A stretch of DNA of 64,000 nucleotides, taken from contig OZ244197.1 in NCBI GenBank assembly GCA_965216785.1, positions 2,880,001-2,944,000 on the forward strand. The letters run 5' to 3'. The notes beneath the pieces were generated by a model. The model worked only from the letters and a program-made list of their open reading frames with translations, was not told where the DNA came from and made no database searches. This DNA is from Thermodesulfobacteriota bacterium (GTDB lineage Bacteria > Desulfobacterota_D > UBA1144 > Nemesobacterales > UBA2774). Shown here one piece after another: positions 1 to 9,267 of this stretch. Both the position numbers and the translations under genes were made by a program. The stretch's first letter is position 1. Every line of letters starts with the position of its first letter.

Positions 1-31
1 CAATTTTGTTTTGGCTTACAGATTAATTTAG

Positions 32-46
32 GCAAGAGAAGTGCCA
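32..46 (-). promoter_or_regulatory. sigma-54 (-24/-12) promoter pointing left, out of the window
   Basis: Minus strand reads TGGCACTTCTCTTGC, an exact TGGCAC-N5-TTGC match (GG-N10-GC). Confidence 0.7.
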
Positions 47-242
47 TTGGAATATGCTTATCTGGCAGGGTTTTTGTTTGCAAATTATGTCGGTTGTCAG
101 AAACTGCTACATAAATCGCCTTACATATACTTGAATATTTGATAGTCCGGTTCATACGTTGAATGGAAATTACCCTCTATTGATCGCGTTATTATTCCCA
201 AAACATTCTAAGAAAGCCATCTGCGGCTAAAAGACTTTCCGA

Positions 243-259
243 TTGGCATAGGGATTGCA
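243..259 (+). promoter_or_regulatory. sigma-54 (-24/-12) promoter of the radical SAM gene
   Basis: TTGGCATAGGGATTGCA, GG-N10-GC spacing, directly upstream of the ORF. Confidence 0.7.
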
Positions 260-264
260 CCCTA

Positions 265-1425
265 ATGTTAAGTATTATGAGAAAGAACGGACATTCCGCC
301 CATAGCGGCATGATGAAAAAGCTCCATGATATCGATTTTGCCCAGTCTCCTTTTATTGTAATCTGGGAAATTACACAGGCTTGCGACCTTGCGTGCAGAC
401 ATTGCAGGGCGGAAGCAATTGACTGGCGCGACCCCAGAGAGCTTTCTACCCAGGAGGGGCTTGATCTGATTTCAGACGTGAGCTCTATGGGTTCACAAAT
501 TATGGTGTTGACGGGCGGAGACCCGGTTAAGAGGGACGATATATTTGATTTAATACGCCATGGCTCTCAATTGGGGCTTAGAATGGCCACAATCCCGGCC
601 GCTACCAAAATGCTTACCCAAGAGCTGGTTAATGAGCTAAAATCTGCCGGGCTATCACAGATGGCTCTTAGCCTTGACGGCCATAACGCTGAGGTTCACG
701 ATACATTTCGAGGCGTACCGGGAGCATTCGATATAACAATGAAAGGAGCGGAATACGCCCGCAATGCCGCCCTGCCATTTCAGATTAACACAACTTTCAG
801 TAAATATAATTTTCATTACTTTGATGAGATCGCAGAGCTTGTGAAGTCTCTAGGGGTAGTGTTCTGGGAAGTGTTTTTCCTAGTACCTATGGGGAGAGGC
901 AAACTCCTAAAGCAAATGAGCGCCAGAGAGTTTGAGAAATTGTTTGAAAAGCTCTACAAATTTTCAAAAGAGGTTGATTTTATAGTAAAGATTACAGAAG
1001 CGCAGCACTACAGAAGATACGCGGTAGAGCAGGAGAGAAATAACGGGCCTTCACGGAAAAGCACTTCCGAAATTGAATTACCGGACCGTATGACGCGTGA
1101 TTTCGGACCAGGAGGCAGTATCGGGCACGCGCCAAAGGGCGTTAACGCGGGAAACGGTTATGTTTTCATCTCGCACACGGGAGAAATATACCCGAGCGGG
1201 TTTCTCCCCCTAAAAACGGGAGATGTACGCAGTGATTCCCTGGCCGAGGTTTACAGAGATCACGAGGTTTTTCAGCTTCTAAGAGACACTGACCGTTTGC
1301 TGGGTAAGTGTGGTATATGTGAGTACAGAGCCATCTGCGCAGGCTCTCGCTCGCGTGCATACGCTATGTCGGGCAACTTAATGGCGCCAGAGCCCTTTTG
1401 CGTCTATCAGCCTCCTCATGACTGA
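265..1425 (+). CDS. Radical SAM/SPASM protein (NirJ/AhbD-like, TIGR04053-type)
   Basis: WEITQACDLACRHC (CxxxCxxC), LTGGDP, C-terminal CGICEYRAICAGSRSRA...C SPASM cysteines. The true start is probably ATG 277 or 310 given the sigma-54 promoter position. Confidence 0.85.
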   Translation: MLSIMRKNGHSAHSGMMKKLHDIDFAQSPFIVIWEITQACDLACRHCRAEAIDWRDPRELSTQEGLDLISDVSSMGSQIMVLTGGDPVKRDDIFDLIRHGSQLGLRMATIPAATKMLTQELVNELKSAGLSQMALSLDGHNAEVHDTFRGVPGAFDITMKGAEYARNAALPFQINTTFSKYNFHYFDEIAELVKSLGVVFWEVFFLVPMGRGKLLKQMSAREFEKLFEKLYKFSKEVDFIVKITEAQHYRRYAVEQERNNGPSRKSTSEIELPDRMTRDFGPGGSIGHAPKGVNAGNGYVFISHTGEIYPSGFLPLKTGDVRSDSLAEVYRDHEVFQLLRDTDRLLGKCGICEYRAICAGSRSRAYAMSGNLMAPEPFCVYQPPHD

Positions 1426-1441
1426 CAATCAGAGGCTGCTA

Positions 1442-2641
1442 TCAGGGCTTTTTCTCTAATGCGGGTCGAAGCAGCATCGGGAAAAACGAGACCGCGAAGA
1501 TGAGAAACGATACAATCCACATAAGTTGCGAGACAGCTATCCAAACCCCGTAATAACTCATATCTATAATCGGAAAGAATACTCTCACGACTGTTCCAGA
1601 AAATAAAATTATAAAGATCCAAAAAGCTATATTCGGTGGGTCAAATACGTTTCTTCCAGTATGCCCAAGAGTCACACGGGACATGAACCCGATTGTCATA
1701 AGACCTATGCCGCCATAAGTAAAGCTGTGAGTAGAGAGAACTGTTGGGATATTAAAAAACCCTGAGAGGAATAAGAGAGCAAACCCTACTACGATCCAGG
1801 AGTAAGCCCCAAACATAACCCAGAGTAGCGGCTTATCCAATATTTTATTTGAATACCATCCGGATAACCTGAGTGAATATAGAAGGGCCAGTATTCCCGC
1901 TATTATAAGAACAAACTGACCACTATTGTAGAAAAGCTCCAGTATGAAAAATAAGATAAAAAACGCCATGCTTAGTATATCTACGACTCTGTAGTTTTTG
2001 GGCTCGAATTTATATTCCATTAGCGCATTGCGGATAAATATAGGCGTCATTCTCCGTCCCATGAGCAAAATAATTGATATTACAACGTATAAGGCAGAGT
2101 ACACTCCAAGGCGCTCAGCATTTGGGATTATACCGAACAGTCCCAGATAGAAGATGATATTACTCGCCGCTATAATAGCCAGGTGCGCGGCCAAGACTGT
2201 TTTATCCCAGGCCTTGGCGCTTAAGATCGGATACAAAACTCTTATGGTAAGAACGATAAAGAATAAGCAGTCAATGACAGCTCCGTAAATATAAGAAATG
2301 CCCGAAAACAAGGGCGCTGAGATTAATATCCTTGCAAGGACCCATAGGATTAATAGAAAAATGAGCGTGTACTTCTTGTTTATTTCAACCCCCAGCCAAT
2401 ACTTCTCGACAGTTAGCAGAAAGCCCGCAATTACAGCCGCTGTGTAGCCGAACAGCATCTCGTGGGCATGCCACATCGTAGGTGAAATGTTCTGGAAATT
2501 GAGGTCGAGCTTAAATGTATAATAAACCGTCCAGATTATCATATAGTATAGGGAGGCTATTCCCGCCAGTAAAAAAAACGGTCTGAACGGTGTTTCGAGA
2601 ACTGAGAATTTTTGATTTTCGTTTCTTATTATCCGCTTCAT
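1442..2641 (-). CDS. nnrS: NnrS family membrane protein (NO response)
   Basis: FRPFFL, WHAHEMLFGY, GFLLT and MSRVTLGHTGR motifs; multiple TM helices. Confidence 0.9.
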   Translation of the reverse strand: MKRIIRNENQKFSVLETPFRPFFLLAGIASLYYMIIWTVYYTFKLDLNFQNISPTMWHAHEMLFGYTAAVIAGFLLTVEKYWLGVEINKKYTLIFLLILWVLARILISAPLFSGISYIYGAVIDCLFFIVLTIRVLYPILSAKAWDKTVLAAHLAIIAASNIIFYLGLFGIIPNAERLGVYSALYVVISIILLMGRRMTPIFIRNALMEYKFEPKNYRVVDILSMAFFILFFILELFYNSGQFVLIIAGILALLYSLRLSGWYSNKILDKPLLWVMFGAYSWIVVGFALLFLSGFFNIPTVLSTHSFTYGGIGLMTIGFMSRVTLGHTGRNVFDPPNIAFWIFIILFSGTVVRVFFPIIDMSYYGVWIAVSQLMWIVSFLIFAVSFFPMLLRPALEKKP

Positions 2642-2724
2642 TGTCTATCCTGTGATCATATGTATGTGAGGAGAATACTAAAAATTCATCCTATTCTGAG
2701 TCGTTACAATCTGGAATGTTGTCG

Positions 2725-3633
2725 TTAGTGCTTTCCCCCCTCCATCATACGATAGAGGTGGATAATATAGGGAAAGAGCGCGTCCATTGATTCCTTGGCG
2801 CCTTTTGATGAGCCGGGGAGCGTTAATATTAACGTTTCTCCACTGAGCCCCGACACACCTCTTGAAAGCATGGAGTAAGGGGTTCTGTTCTGGCCGTAGC
2901 TCCTGGCCGCCTCCATGATCCCAGGTATTTCTTTTTCGATCAGCGGACGAAGTGCTTCAGGTGTATTGTCCCTCGGTGAAAGACCGGTGCCGCCTGTTGT
3001 AACTACCAGCTTGTAGCCGCTCTCACACCACTTGGTAACGGTGTTTCTTATATCCTCGGGTTCATCCGGAACAATCCTGTATTCGGCATTTTCTATTCCA
3101 ACCTCTCGTAGTTTAGAGAGGATATTCTTACCTGCCGTGTCCTGCTTCTTTTCGGCGAAAACAGAATCCGAGATCACAAGAACACCCGCTTTCATACCCT
3201 CTGGGATTTTCTCTTTAAACTGTGACTTGCCGCCCGATTTCTCAAGAAGCTTTATGGATGTAATCTCCATACTCTTATCTATAGGTTTACACATGTCATA
3301 TACAGTAAGGGCCGCGGCGCTTGCCGCCGTTAGGGCCTCCATCTCACAGCCCGTCTTAGCCGTAGACTGAACGGTTACATCAATTATTATCCTCTTCTCG
3401 TCCTGTATTTCCGTCTCCGTTTCCACCCACTCAACTGGGATATTGTGGCAGAATAAGAGAATTTCCGGGGTCTTTTTAGCCCCTACCATCGCGGCTGCCT
3501 TTGTGAATTCAAGCACATCCCCTTTAGGCACTTCCCGGTTAAGTATTCTTTGAGCGGTCTCCGGAGCCATCTCCACAACTGCCCGGGCTTTTGCGATTCT
3601 AAGAGTAGTCGTCTTATTACTCACATTTATCAT
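2725..3633 (-). CDS. moaCB: Bifunctional MoaC-MoaB/MogA molybdenum cofactor protein
   Basis: N-terminal MoaC (KGDVL, CHNIP, TGCEMEAL, YDMCK, LLEKSGGKS) fused to a MogA/MoaB domain (TTGGTGLSPRDNTPEA, LPGS). Confidence 0.9.
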   Translation of the reverse strand: MINVSNKTTTLRIAKARAVVEMAPETAQRILNREVPKGDVLEFTKAAAMVGAKKTPEILLFCHNIPVEWVETETEIQDEKRIIIDVTVQSTAKTGCEMEALTAASAAALTVYDMCKPIDKSMEITSIKLLEKSGGKSQFKEKIPEGMKAGVLVISDSVFAEKKQDTAGKNILSKLREVGIENAEYRIVPDEPEDIRNTVTKWCESGYKLVVTTGGTGLSPRDNTPEALRPLIEKEIPGIMEAARSYGQNRTPYSMLSRGVSGLSGETLILTLPGSSKGAKESMDALFPYIIHLYRMMEGGKH

Positions 3634-3710
3634 TCAACGTATCTCCTATCATAACTTTTCTTATATTGCTTTAATCCTAGCACTCTAATATCTATTAATT
3701 AACCTCATGA

Positions 3711-4445
3711 CTATACAAACATGTAAAAAATCCTGAGTGATACAAAAAGCACCAGGAGCGCCGTAATATCCCTGACCAGTCTCTGTGAGAGTATAGTCCC
3801 CGATCCAAGGCGGCTCCCGATCTGCCCGCCAATGAGAACAGCGAGAAAAAGAGGCCAGTGATTTGTTACTTCTACAAAATTCACCCCCTTTGCCAATTGG
3901 CCCGCAAGACCCGCAAGCGAATTGAGTAGTATAAACATCGCTGCCGTAGCGGCTATCTGCTTTGGCAAACCCCATCTCGAGTATAGGAGAAGAGGAGCAA
4001 GAAATATTCCCCCTCCTATTCCAACCATACCGGCCAGGAGCCCGAGCACCGATCCTAAGAGGAGCGCGATAGGCACTGAGGGTAGTTTATATTCTTCATA
4101 ATTTCTGTTAATACGCTTAACTAATAGAAGCCTTAAAGCTACTAAAAACAAACACGACGCAAGGAGCAAAAGAAATACCTCTTTACTTATGGGGATACTC
4201 CCGCCTATGTAAGCCATCGGTATCGAGGTCACGCCAAAAGGCCAGAATAGTTTCCATTTAAAATGTCCATTCTTACGAAATAAATAAACCCCGCCTGAAA
4301 CTACTATTAAATTGCAAATCAGTGCGATCACCGGAATTGACTCGTAGGGGTAACCGAACAGCGCGAGCGCTGCAATATAAGACGACCCTCCCCCGAATCC
4401 TACGGATGAGTAAACAAGAGCGATTATTAAAAATAATAACGGCAT
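3711..4445 (-). CDS. TSUP (TauE/SafE) family membrane transporter
   Basis: Repeated VGFGGGS / VGIGGGIF motifs, about 8 TM helices. Confidence 0.85.
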   Translation of the reverse strand: MPLLFLIIALVYSSVGFGGGSSYIAALALFGYPYESIPVIALICNLIVVSGGVYLFRKNGHFKWKLFWPFGVTSIPMAYIGGSIPISKEVFLLLLASCLFLVALRLLLVKRINRNYEEYKLPSVPIALLLGSVLGLLAGMVGIGGGIFLAPLLLYSRWGLPKQIAATAAMFILLNSLAGLAGQLAKGVNFVEVTNHWPLFLAVLIGGQIGSRLGSGTILSQRLVRDITALLVLFVSLRIFYMFV

Positions 4446-4473
4446 ACTATTCCTCTCATTACACTTATATTAT

Positions 4474-4899
4474 TTAGGCTCCGTGGTGCTCGCTGCACTG
4501 AACCCACTTGGGTTCTCCACTCGTATAATGCTCCTTTTTCCATATCGGGAGTCTGTGCTTTATTTCATCAATCATATACCTGCAAGCATCAAACGCGCTC
4601 CCGCGGTGCTCTGCAATAACCCCGATCCAAACCGCTATGTCCCCAATGGCCAGATGCCCCTGGCGGTGCACCCCTACTACCTCTAAAATGTTGAACTTCT
4701 CCTTTGCCTCCGCCACAATGCGGAGCGCTTCTTTTACGGCAAGCTCCTCGTAAACCTCGTATTCAAGCGAGGTAACTTCTTCTCCGTCATTATGATTGCG
4801 TACCCTGCCCTCAAAACACACAAATGCCCCGGCCCTTGAATTTATCAGCTCTTTAGTAAGAAAATCGGTATCTATAGACTCATCGGATATCGAGAACAT
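4474..4899 (-). CDS. moaE: Molybdopterin synthase catalytic subunit
   Basis: GAFVCFEGRVRNHN, LEYE, HRxG, IKHRLPIWKKE. Confidence 0.95.
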   Translation of the reverse strand: MFSISDESIDTDFLTKELINSRAGAFVCFEGRVRNHNDGEEVTSLEYEVYEELAVKEALRIVAEAKEKFNILEVVGVHRQGHLAIGDIAVWIGVIAEHRGSAFDACRYMIDEIKHRLPIWKKEHYTSGEPKWVQCSEHHGA

Positions 4900-4902
4900 T
4901 CA

Positions 4903-5154
4903 TTAACCTCCCGCCACCGGGGGAATGAAGATGACACGATCCCCCGAGCATAGAGCTGTATCCATACTCTGGAACTCTTCGTTAATCGACACTCTGATGC
5001 TCCTTGAATCTTGAGGGAAACCGTATTCCCCCGAAAGGTCTTTATATAGCTCCTGGGGAGTCGCGGCGAAAGATTCTATATCTTCCTCTCTCTTCCCGGC
5101 TTTCTCTCTCAACATTGCATAGTAATGAATATTTAAGACTTTGGGTTTTTCCAT
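4903..5154 (-). CDS. moaD: Molybdopterin synthase sulfur carrier
   Basis: 83 aa, YYAMLRE, C-terminal IPPVAGG. Confidence 0.95.
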   Translation of the reverse strand: MEKPKVLNIHYYAMLREKAGKREEDIESFAATPQELYKDLSGEYGFPQDSRSIRVSINEEFQSMDTALCSGDRVIFIPPVAGG

Positions 5155-6341
5155 TACCGTTCTCCTTTATCTAAATTGGATTTTGCTGTTTTAAATTCCT
5201 CTTCATTGTTAATATTTTCGAGATTTTCACGCTCTGTCTGTTCGACCGTTTCCACCGGTGAGTGCATGAGAATGTCTCTTGGGGACATGTTGCCCGCTGC
5301 GAGATTCTGAAGGAGCCTTAGTCTTATTTTAGGCTCATAGATAGAGCAAAGAGGCTCTGGGAGATCGCCCTTAGCGCTACTGAAACAGGTGGCTATTTTC
5401 AAGGGATTTCGGTTCTTTAAAAGCCTCTCAATAGTCTCTCGGTCCACATAAGGCAGATCGCAGGCAACCACAAGCCAGGCCGCTTGAGGATGAGCGTGCA
5501 TTGCGGAGAGAATTCCCGAAAGTGGGCCCAACCCGATGAATACGTCATGTATCTGAGGCAGTTTCCCCAAACTCTGAGCTTTCCACTGATCCTTTTTGGA
5601 CGATATGAATACTTTGCCGCAAACCTCAGACAAAAGCCTGTAAACCACCTCTGCCTGAGGCCGTCCGTGATAATCGATCATGGCCTTGTCCCTATCCATT
5701 CGCCGGCTGTCGCCACCTGTGAGCACAAGACCGTAAAGAGGCGTCTCTGAAGCTAAAGCGGCAAGATACTCTCTGATAAAATCTACGATACCAAAAACGT
5801 CATCCCGATGAAAATAGGGCGCGTCTACGGGAAGTCTGTCAACTCTTTGTTCTGAGCCGATAAAGCCGATTACGTTTTCTATATCACCGCAAGATACGGA
5901 GCTTAGAATCTCCTTCTTATCATCTATTAATAAGAGCTTATTAACGAGCGTTTTCTTAAAACCTTCTATGAACACTAAATCACAGGAGTTAAACGCGGCC
6001 TGTATCTCTAATGGCGTAGGCACGCCCCTATGAATATTGGCCGTATGGCGGGAATCTGAGATAGAGATGCGGGAAGCCCCGCTCGACCAGGCTCTTTGCG
6101 TATCCTTCCCCTCTTTATCTATCTCAAACTGATGTATGCCGTATTTTATATAGCCAATATCGAACTCTTGGCTTAAGCTCTCGATAAGGCGCGTAATCAG
6201 AGTCGTTTTCCCCGTATTTGAATAACCGCAGATCGAGATTTCGAAGGGATGAAATATATACCCGTCCTGAGCTACAGCGCTCTGGCCGCTTGAATCGCGT
6301 TTGATATCCGTAATCCCGGTAATGTTTTTAAAATCTTCCAT
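5154..6341 (-). CDS. mobAB: MobB-MobA fusion (Mo-bisPGD biosynthesis)
   Basis: N-terminal P-loop GYSNTGKTTL...DKEGKDT...EGFK (MobB); C-terminal LVLTGGDSRRM, GPLSGI, VACDLP (MobA). Confidence 0.88.
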   Translation of the reverse strand: MEDFKNITGITDIKRDSSGQSAVAQDGYIFHPFEISICGYSNTGKTTLITRLIESLSQEFDIGYIKYGIHQFEIDKEGKDTQRAWSSGASRISISDSRHTANIHRGVPTPLEIQAAFNSCDLVFIEGFKKTLVNKLLLIDDKKEILSSVSCGDIENVIGFIGSEQRVDRLPVDAPYFHRDDVFGIVDFIREYLAALASETPLYGLVLTGGDSRRMDRDKAMIDYHGRPQAEVVYRLLSEVCGKVFISSKKDQWKAQSLGKLPQIHDVFIGLGPLSGILSAMHAHPQAAWLVVACDLPYVDRETIERLLKNRNPLKIATCFSSAKGDLPEPLCSIYEPKIRLRLLQNLAAGNMSPRDILMHSPVETVEQTERENLENINNEEEFKTAKSNLDKGER

Positions 6342-6364
6342 AGCTATGGACTCTGTCGCTAAAA

Positions 6365-7321
6365 TCAGCCTCCTATCTTATACATATCCTGCTCTACGCG
6401 CTCGATCCTTCTATACGGTTTCATCTTAAGTAGCTCGTTTAATTTACTTTTAAATTCCTGAGGCTCTACATCACGTATGTATACGCCGTCCTCCGACATC
6501 AGGCAGGCCCTTAAAAATCCGTCCGCAGAGAGCCTCCATCTGGAGCAATTACGGCAGAATGGAAGGGTCTCGGAGGCAATAAATCCGATACTGGCCCCTG
6601 TTGCAGTCTTGAAGTTAAAAGAGGTCGAATCACTCTCTGACTGCTCGCTTATTAGCTCCACCTGACTCGATATTTTCTGAATTGCTTGCGCAGCGGAGAC
6701 AAAGAGCTTATCTTTAGAGCCGCCCGCCTGCCCAATGCTCATGAGCTCAAGGAACCTCACCTGAATTCCGTGATCGGCAGAAAATTTTATAAAATCCAAT
6801 ATCTCGTGCTCGTTAATTCCACTCATGAGCACTGTATTGATCTTCACATGAAACCCAAGCTGTTTGGCGCGCAAAACCGAATCCAGAACCTTATCGAAGT
6901 AGTCTCTTCTCGCGATACGGTTAAAAGTATCCTTGGTGAGCGAATCAAGACTTATGTTGATGTGCTTACAGTTGGTATCATTTAAGAAGTCGAGCTCTTT
7001 TGTTAAATTCCAGCCGTTTGTGGTAAGCCCGAGCTTCTCAAGCGGAAGTGAAGAGAGGCGAAGGACAATATCCCTGAAATCCTCACGTAAAGTAGGCTCT
7101 CCGCCCGTTATACGTATCTGCTCCAATCCGAAATTAACTAAAGTAGAGCATACGCTCTCGATCTCATCCGGGCGAAGCCAACGTGATGAATCCATAAATA
7201 CAGGATTTAGCGGCATACAGTAAACACAGCGGAAATTGCACGCATCCAGAAGAGAAACCCTGAGTTTTCTGATCCTTCTTCCATAGTTGTCAATTAGCGG
7301 TACGATAGGTTTAACGTTCAT
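6365..7321 (-). CDS. moaA: GTP 3',8-cyclase
   Basis: CNFRCVYC, RITGGEP, FCRNCSRWRLSADG..CL, terminal IGG. ATG at 7321 overlaps the moeA stop (ATGA). Confidence 0.93.
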   Translation of the reverse strand: MNVKPIVPLIDNYGRRIRKLRVSLLDACNFRCVYCMPLNPVFMDSSRWLRPDEIESVCSTLVNFGLEQIRITGGEPTLREDFRDIVLRLSSLPLEKLGLTTNGWNLTKELDFLNDTNCKHINISLDSLTKDTFNRIARRDYFDKVLDSVLRAKQLGFHVKINTVLMSGINEHEILDFIKFSADHGIQVRFLELMSIGQAGGSKDKLFVSAAQAIQKISSQVELISEQSESDSTSFNFKTATGASIGFIASETLPFCRNCSRWRLSADGFLRACLMSEDGVYIRDVEPQEFKSKLNELLKMKPYRRIERVEQDMYKIGG

Positions 7322-8535
7322 AGCGGTTGTCCTCTCCACAGGTATAGTGGAAATGCTTTTCCTTTTTCGAAATAATTTTTTTCTTCTGAAAGCTCGATGA
7401 ACCCAGAGCTGTAGGCAAGGGACGTGAAATCCCCCGAGCCGTTAAGCGCGACAGGTGCACCAGTAATTGTCCCGTTCTCACGGTATGTAATTTTGACGGG
7501 CAAGAAGTATGTAAGATCTTTTTCAAATATGAAATCTTCTTCCAAAACTGCATATGGCATGTGTGCCTTAGTATCGATACCTAAAGATTTCCAGAGTGAG
7601 GGCAGTACGTAGCGGTGCAGGCAAACGAGAGCTGAATTGGGGTTTCCAGGGAGCCCGAAAACTCTTTTCCCTTCTTGAGTACAGCCAAACCAAAGAGGTT
7701 TTCCGGGGCGCTGTTTGACCCTGTGAAACAGCTCTTCCACACCAAGGTGTTTTAACGCTCCGGGGATAAAATCGAACTTACCCTTTGAGACCCCTCCGGA
7801 AATAATAACCACGTCCGACGTATCGAGTATTTTCCCAAGTGAGGATAAAATCTCATCCTCACTATCGTGAAGGTGATAACTGTTAATATCGTTAAACTCG
7901 TATGCTGAAAGTGATGTCATGAGAGCATAAGAATTAGACTGTCTTATCTGATAATCGGCGGGTTTTTGATCGACGTCGACAAGCTCGTCCCCGGTGCTGA
8001 CAACAGATATGGGAGGACGCTTGGACACTTTTATGTCCGCACACCCGACTGCAGCTGCGATTGCGGCATATGGGGCGCTTAGCACACATCCTCCGTTATT
8101 GATTACTTCACCCCCTCTACAATCAGTACCCATGCGGTGGACGTTCTGCATTTTTTCCAAAGTGAGAGAGCCATCAATACCCGCTATGCCGTCCTTTATG
8201 CACACGTCTTCGTATCTGATTACGGCGTCTGAGCCCTTGGGGAGCGGCGCTCCTGTCATAACTTCGATACAGTTCTCCGGATTTTTAAGAGCCATCTGAG
8301 GCTGCCCGGCTTTTTGGCATCCTTCAATCGGATAGTCCGTCCGTCCGCTCTCCCTGCTTTGTACGGAGACGGCAATACCGTCCATAGCTGCGCGGTTAAA
8401 CGGAGGATAATCCCTGTCGGCAACGAGGGGCTGCCTGAGCACTTCGCCCTGTATACTGCAGATTTCGGTAAGGGTTGAATCTGCCGGTAACGATCGGCTG
8501 AGAATAATTTCTTCGGCTTTTTTAACTGATATCAT
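7318..8535 (-). CDS. moeA: Molybdopterin molybdotransferase
   Basis: PPFNRAAMDG, MTGAPLP, STGDELV, SGGVSKG, QRPGKP, LPGNP. Confidence 0.95.
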   Translation of the reverse strand: MISVKKAEEIILSRSLPADSTLTEICSIQGEVLRQPLVADRDYPPFNRAAMDGIAVSVQSRESGRTDYPIEGCQKAGQPQMALKNPENCIEVMTGAPLPKGSDAVIRYEDVCIKDGIAGIDGSLTLEKMQNVHRMGTDCRGGEVINNGGCVLSAPYAAIAAAVGCADIKVSKRPPISVVSTGDELVDVDQKPADYQIRQSNSYALMTSLSAYEFNDINSYHLHDSEDEILSSLGKILDTSDVVIISGGVSKGKFDFIPGALKHLGVEELFHRVKQRPGKPLWFGCTQEGKRVFGLPGNPNSALVCLHRYVLPSLWKSLGIDTKAHMPYAVLEEDFIFEKDLTYFLPVKITYRENGTITGAPVALNGSGDFTSLAYSSGFIELSEEKNYFEKGKAFPLYLWRGQPL

Positions 8536-8539
8536 ATAG

Positions 8540-8661
8540 GCTCCTTTCCAAGCACGGGAGGCCAGGCGTTTTCACTGCTCTGACCCCGGCAAATATATTT
8601 CTATATTTGCGGCTTAGCCCCCATATTCAAAGAGCTGAACTTAGAGAGCTAAGCTCGGAAC
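8540..8661 (-). ncRNA. Moco riboswitch (Moco RNA motif, RF01055-like) in the moeA leader
   Basis: Minus strand GTTCCGAGCTTAGC..CTAAG..TATGG..GCAAATATA-GAAA-TATATTTGC..GGGT..GCCTCCCGTGCTTGGAAAGGAGC. The 3' end resembles the E. coli moaA leader (GCCUCCCGUAUUUGGAAAGGUG, from memory). P1 (GTTCC/GGAGC) sequesters the SD. Confidence 0.85.
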
Positions 8662-8700
8662 TTCTGGTTTATAGTTTAAGTTACTTTGTTCTCTTCTCCT

Positions 8701-9264
8701 TCATAACGGTTCCACTGTTATTGCTTTCCCTGTTTGGCTTACACAAATGTAGGCGCACTTTCCGCACCCTATGCATTTATCTCCGTCTATTACCGGATAC
8801 TTATCGTCGTGCATGGATATTGCCGACACACCGGGTGGACACGTGTTGAAACAGTAATCACAGTACTGTCCCTGCTTTACCAAACAGTGTTTTAAATCGA
8901 CGTGCGCGGCGCCGATTCTAAGCTCTTTATCGTCATTTTCTCTAAGTGCTAATGGCTCACAGGACTTTATGCAAGGCATGTCCTCACAGAACCTGCAGGG
9001 GGCATAGTACGGGTCTATAAATGGGGTTCCGGCGTTAACACCACCTGTGAGCAGATCAACCAAGTGCACCGCATCGTGCGGGCAGGCTTTCCTGCAGTCC
9101 CCGCAGCGCGTGCACGTAATGAGGAACTGCTCCTCACGGAGCGCCCCCGGAGGTCTTATCGCCGGGCGTTTAAACTTGTGCTTTAGCCCCTTATCTATAA
9201 GCTTGGTGCTTTCTTTAAAACCGAACTTTAAAAATCCTCTCCTGCTCAGCTGCTCAGATTGCAT
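8701..9264 (-). CDS. napF: NapF-like polyferredoxin
   Basis: SRRGFL motif with no hydrophobic h-region (typical of NapF), RPPGA, CTRCGDCRKACP and CIGCGKCAYIC clusters. Confidence 0.7.
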   Translation of the reverse strand: MQSEQLSRRGFLKFGFKESTKLIDKGLKHKFKRPAIRPPGALREEQFLITCTRCGDCRKACPHDAVHLVDLLTGGVNAGTPFIDPYYAPCRFCEDMPCIKSCEPLALRENDDKELRIGAAHVDLKHCLVKQGQYCDYCFNTCPPGVSAISMHDDKYPVIDGDKCIGCGKCAYICVSQTGKAITVEPL

Positions 9265-9267
9265 ATA

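Noticed and set aside
63-77. TGGCAGGGTTTTTGT as a third sigma-54 site
   Set aside because: The -12 element is GT rather than GC, and no gene start fits.
8607-8849. 80-aa plus-strand ORF
   Set aside because: Antisense to napF and overlapping the Moco riboswitch; no recognisable motif.
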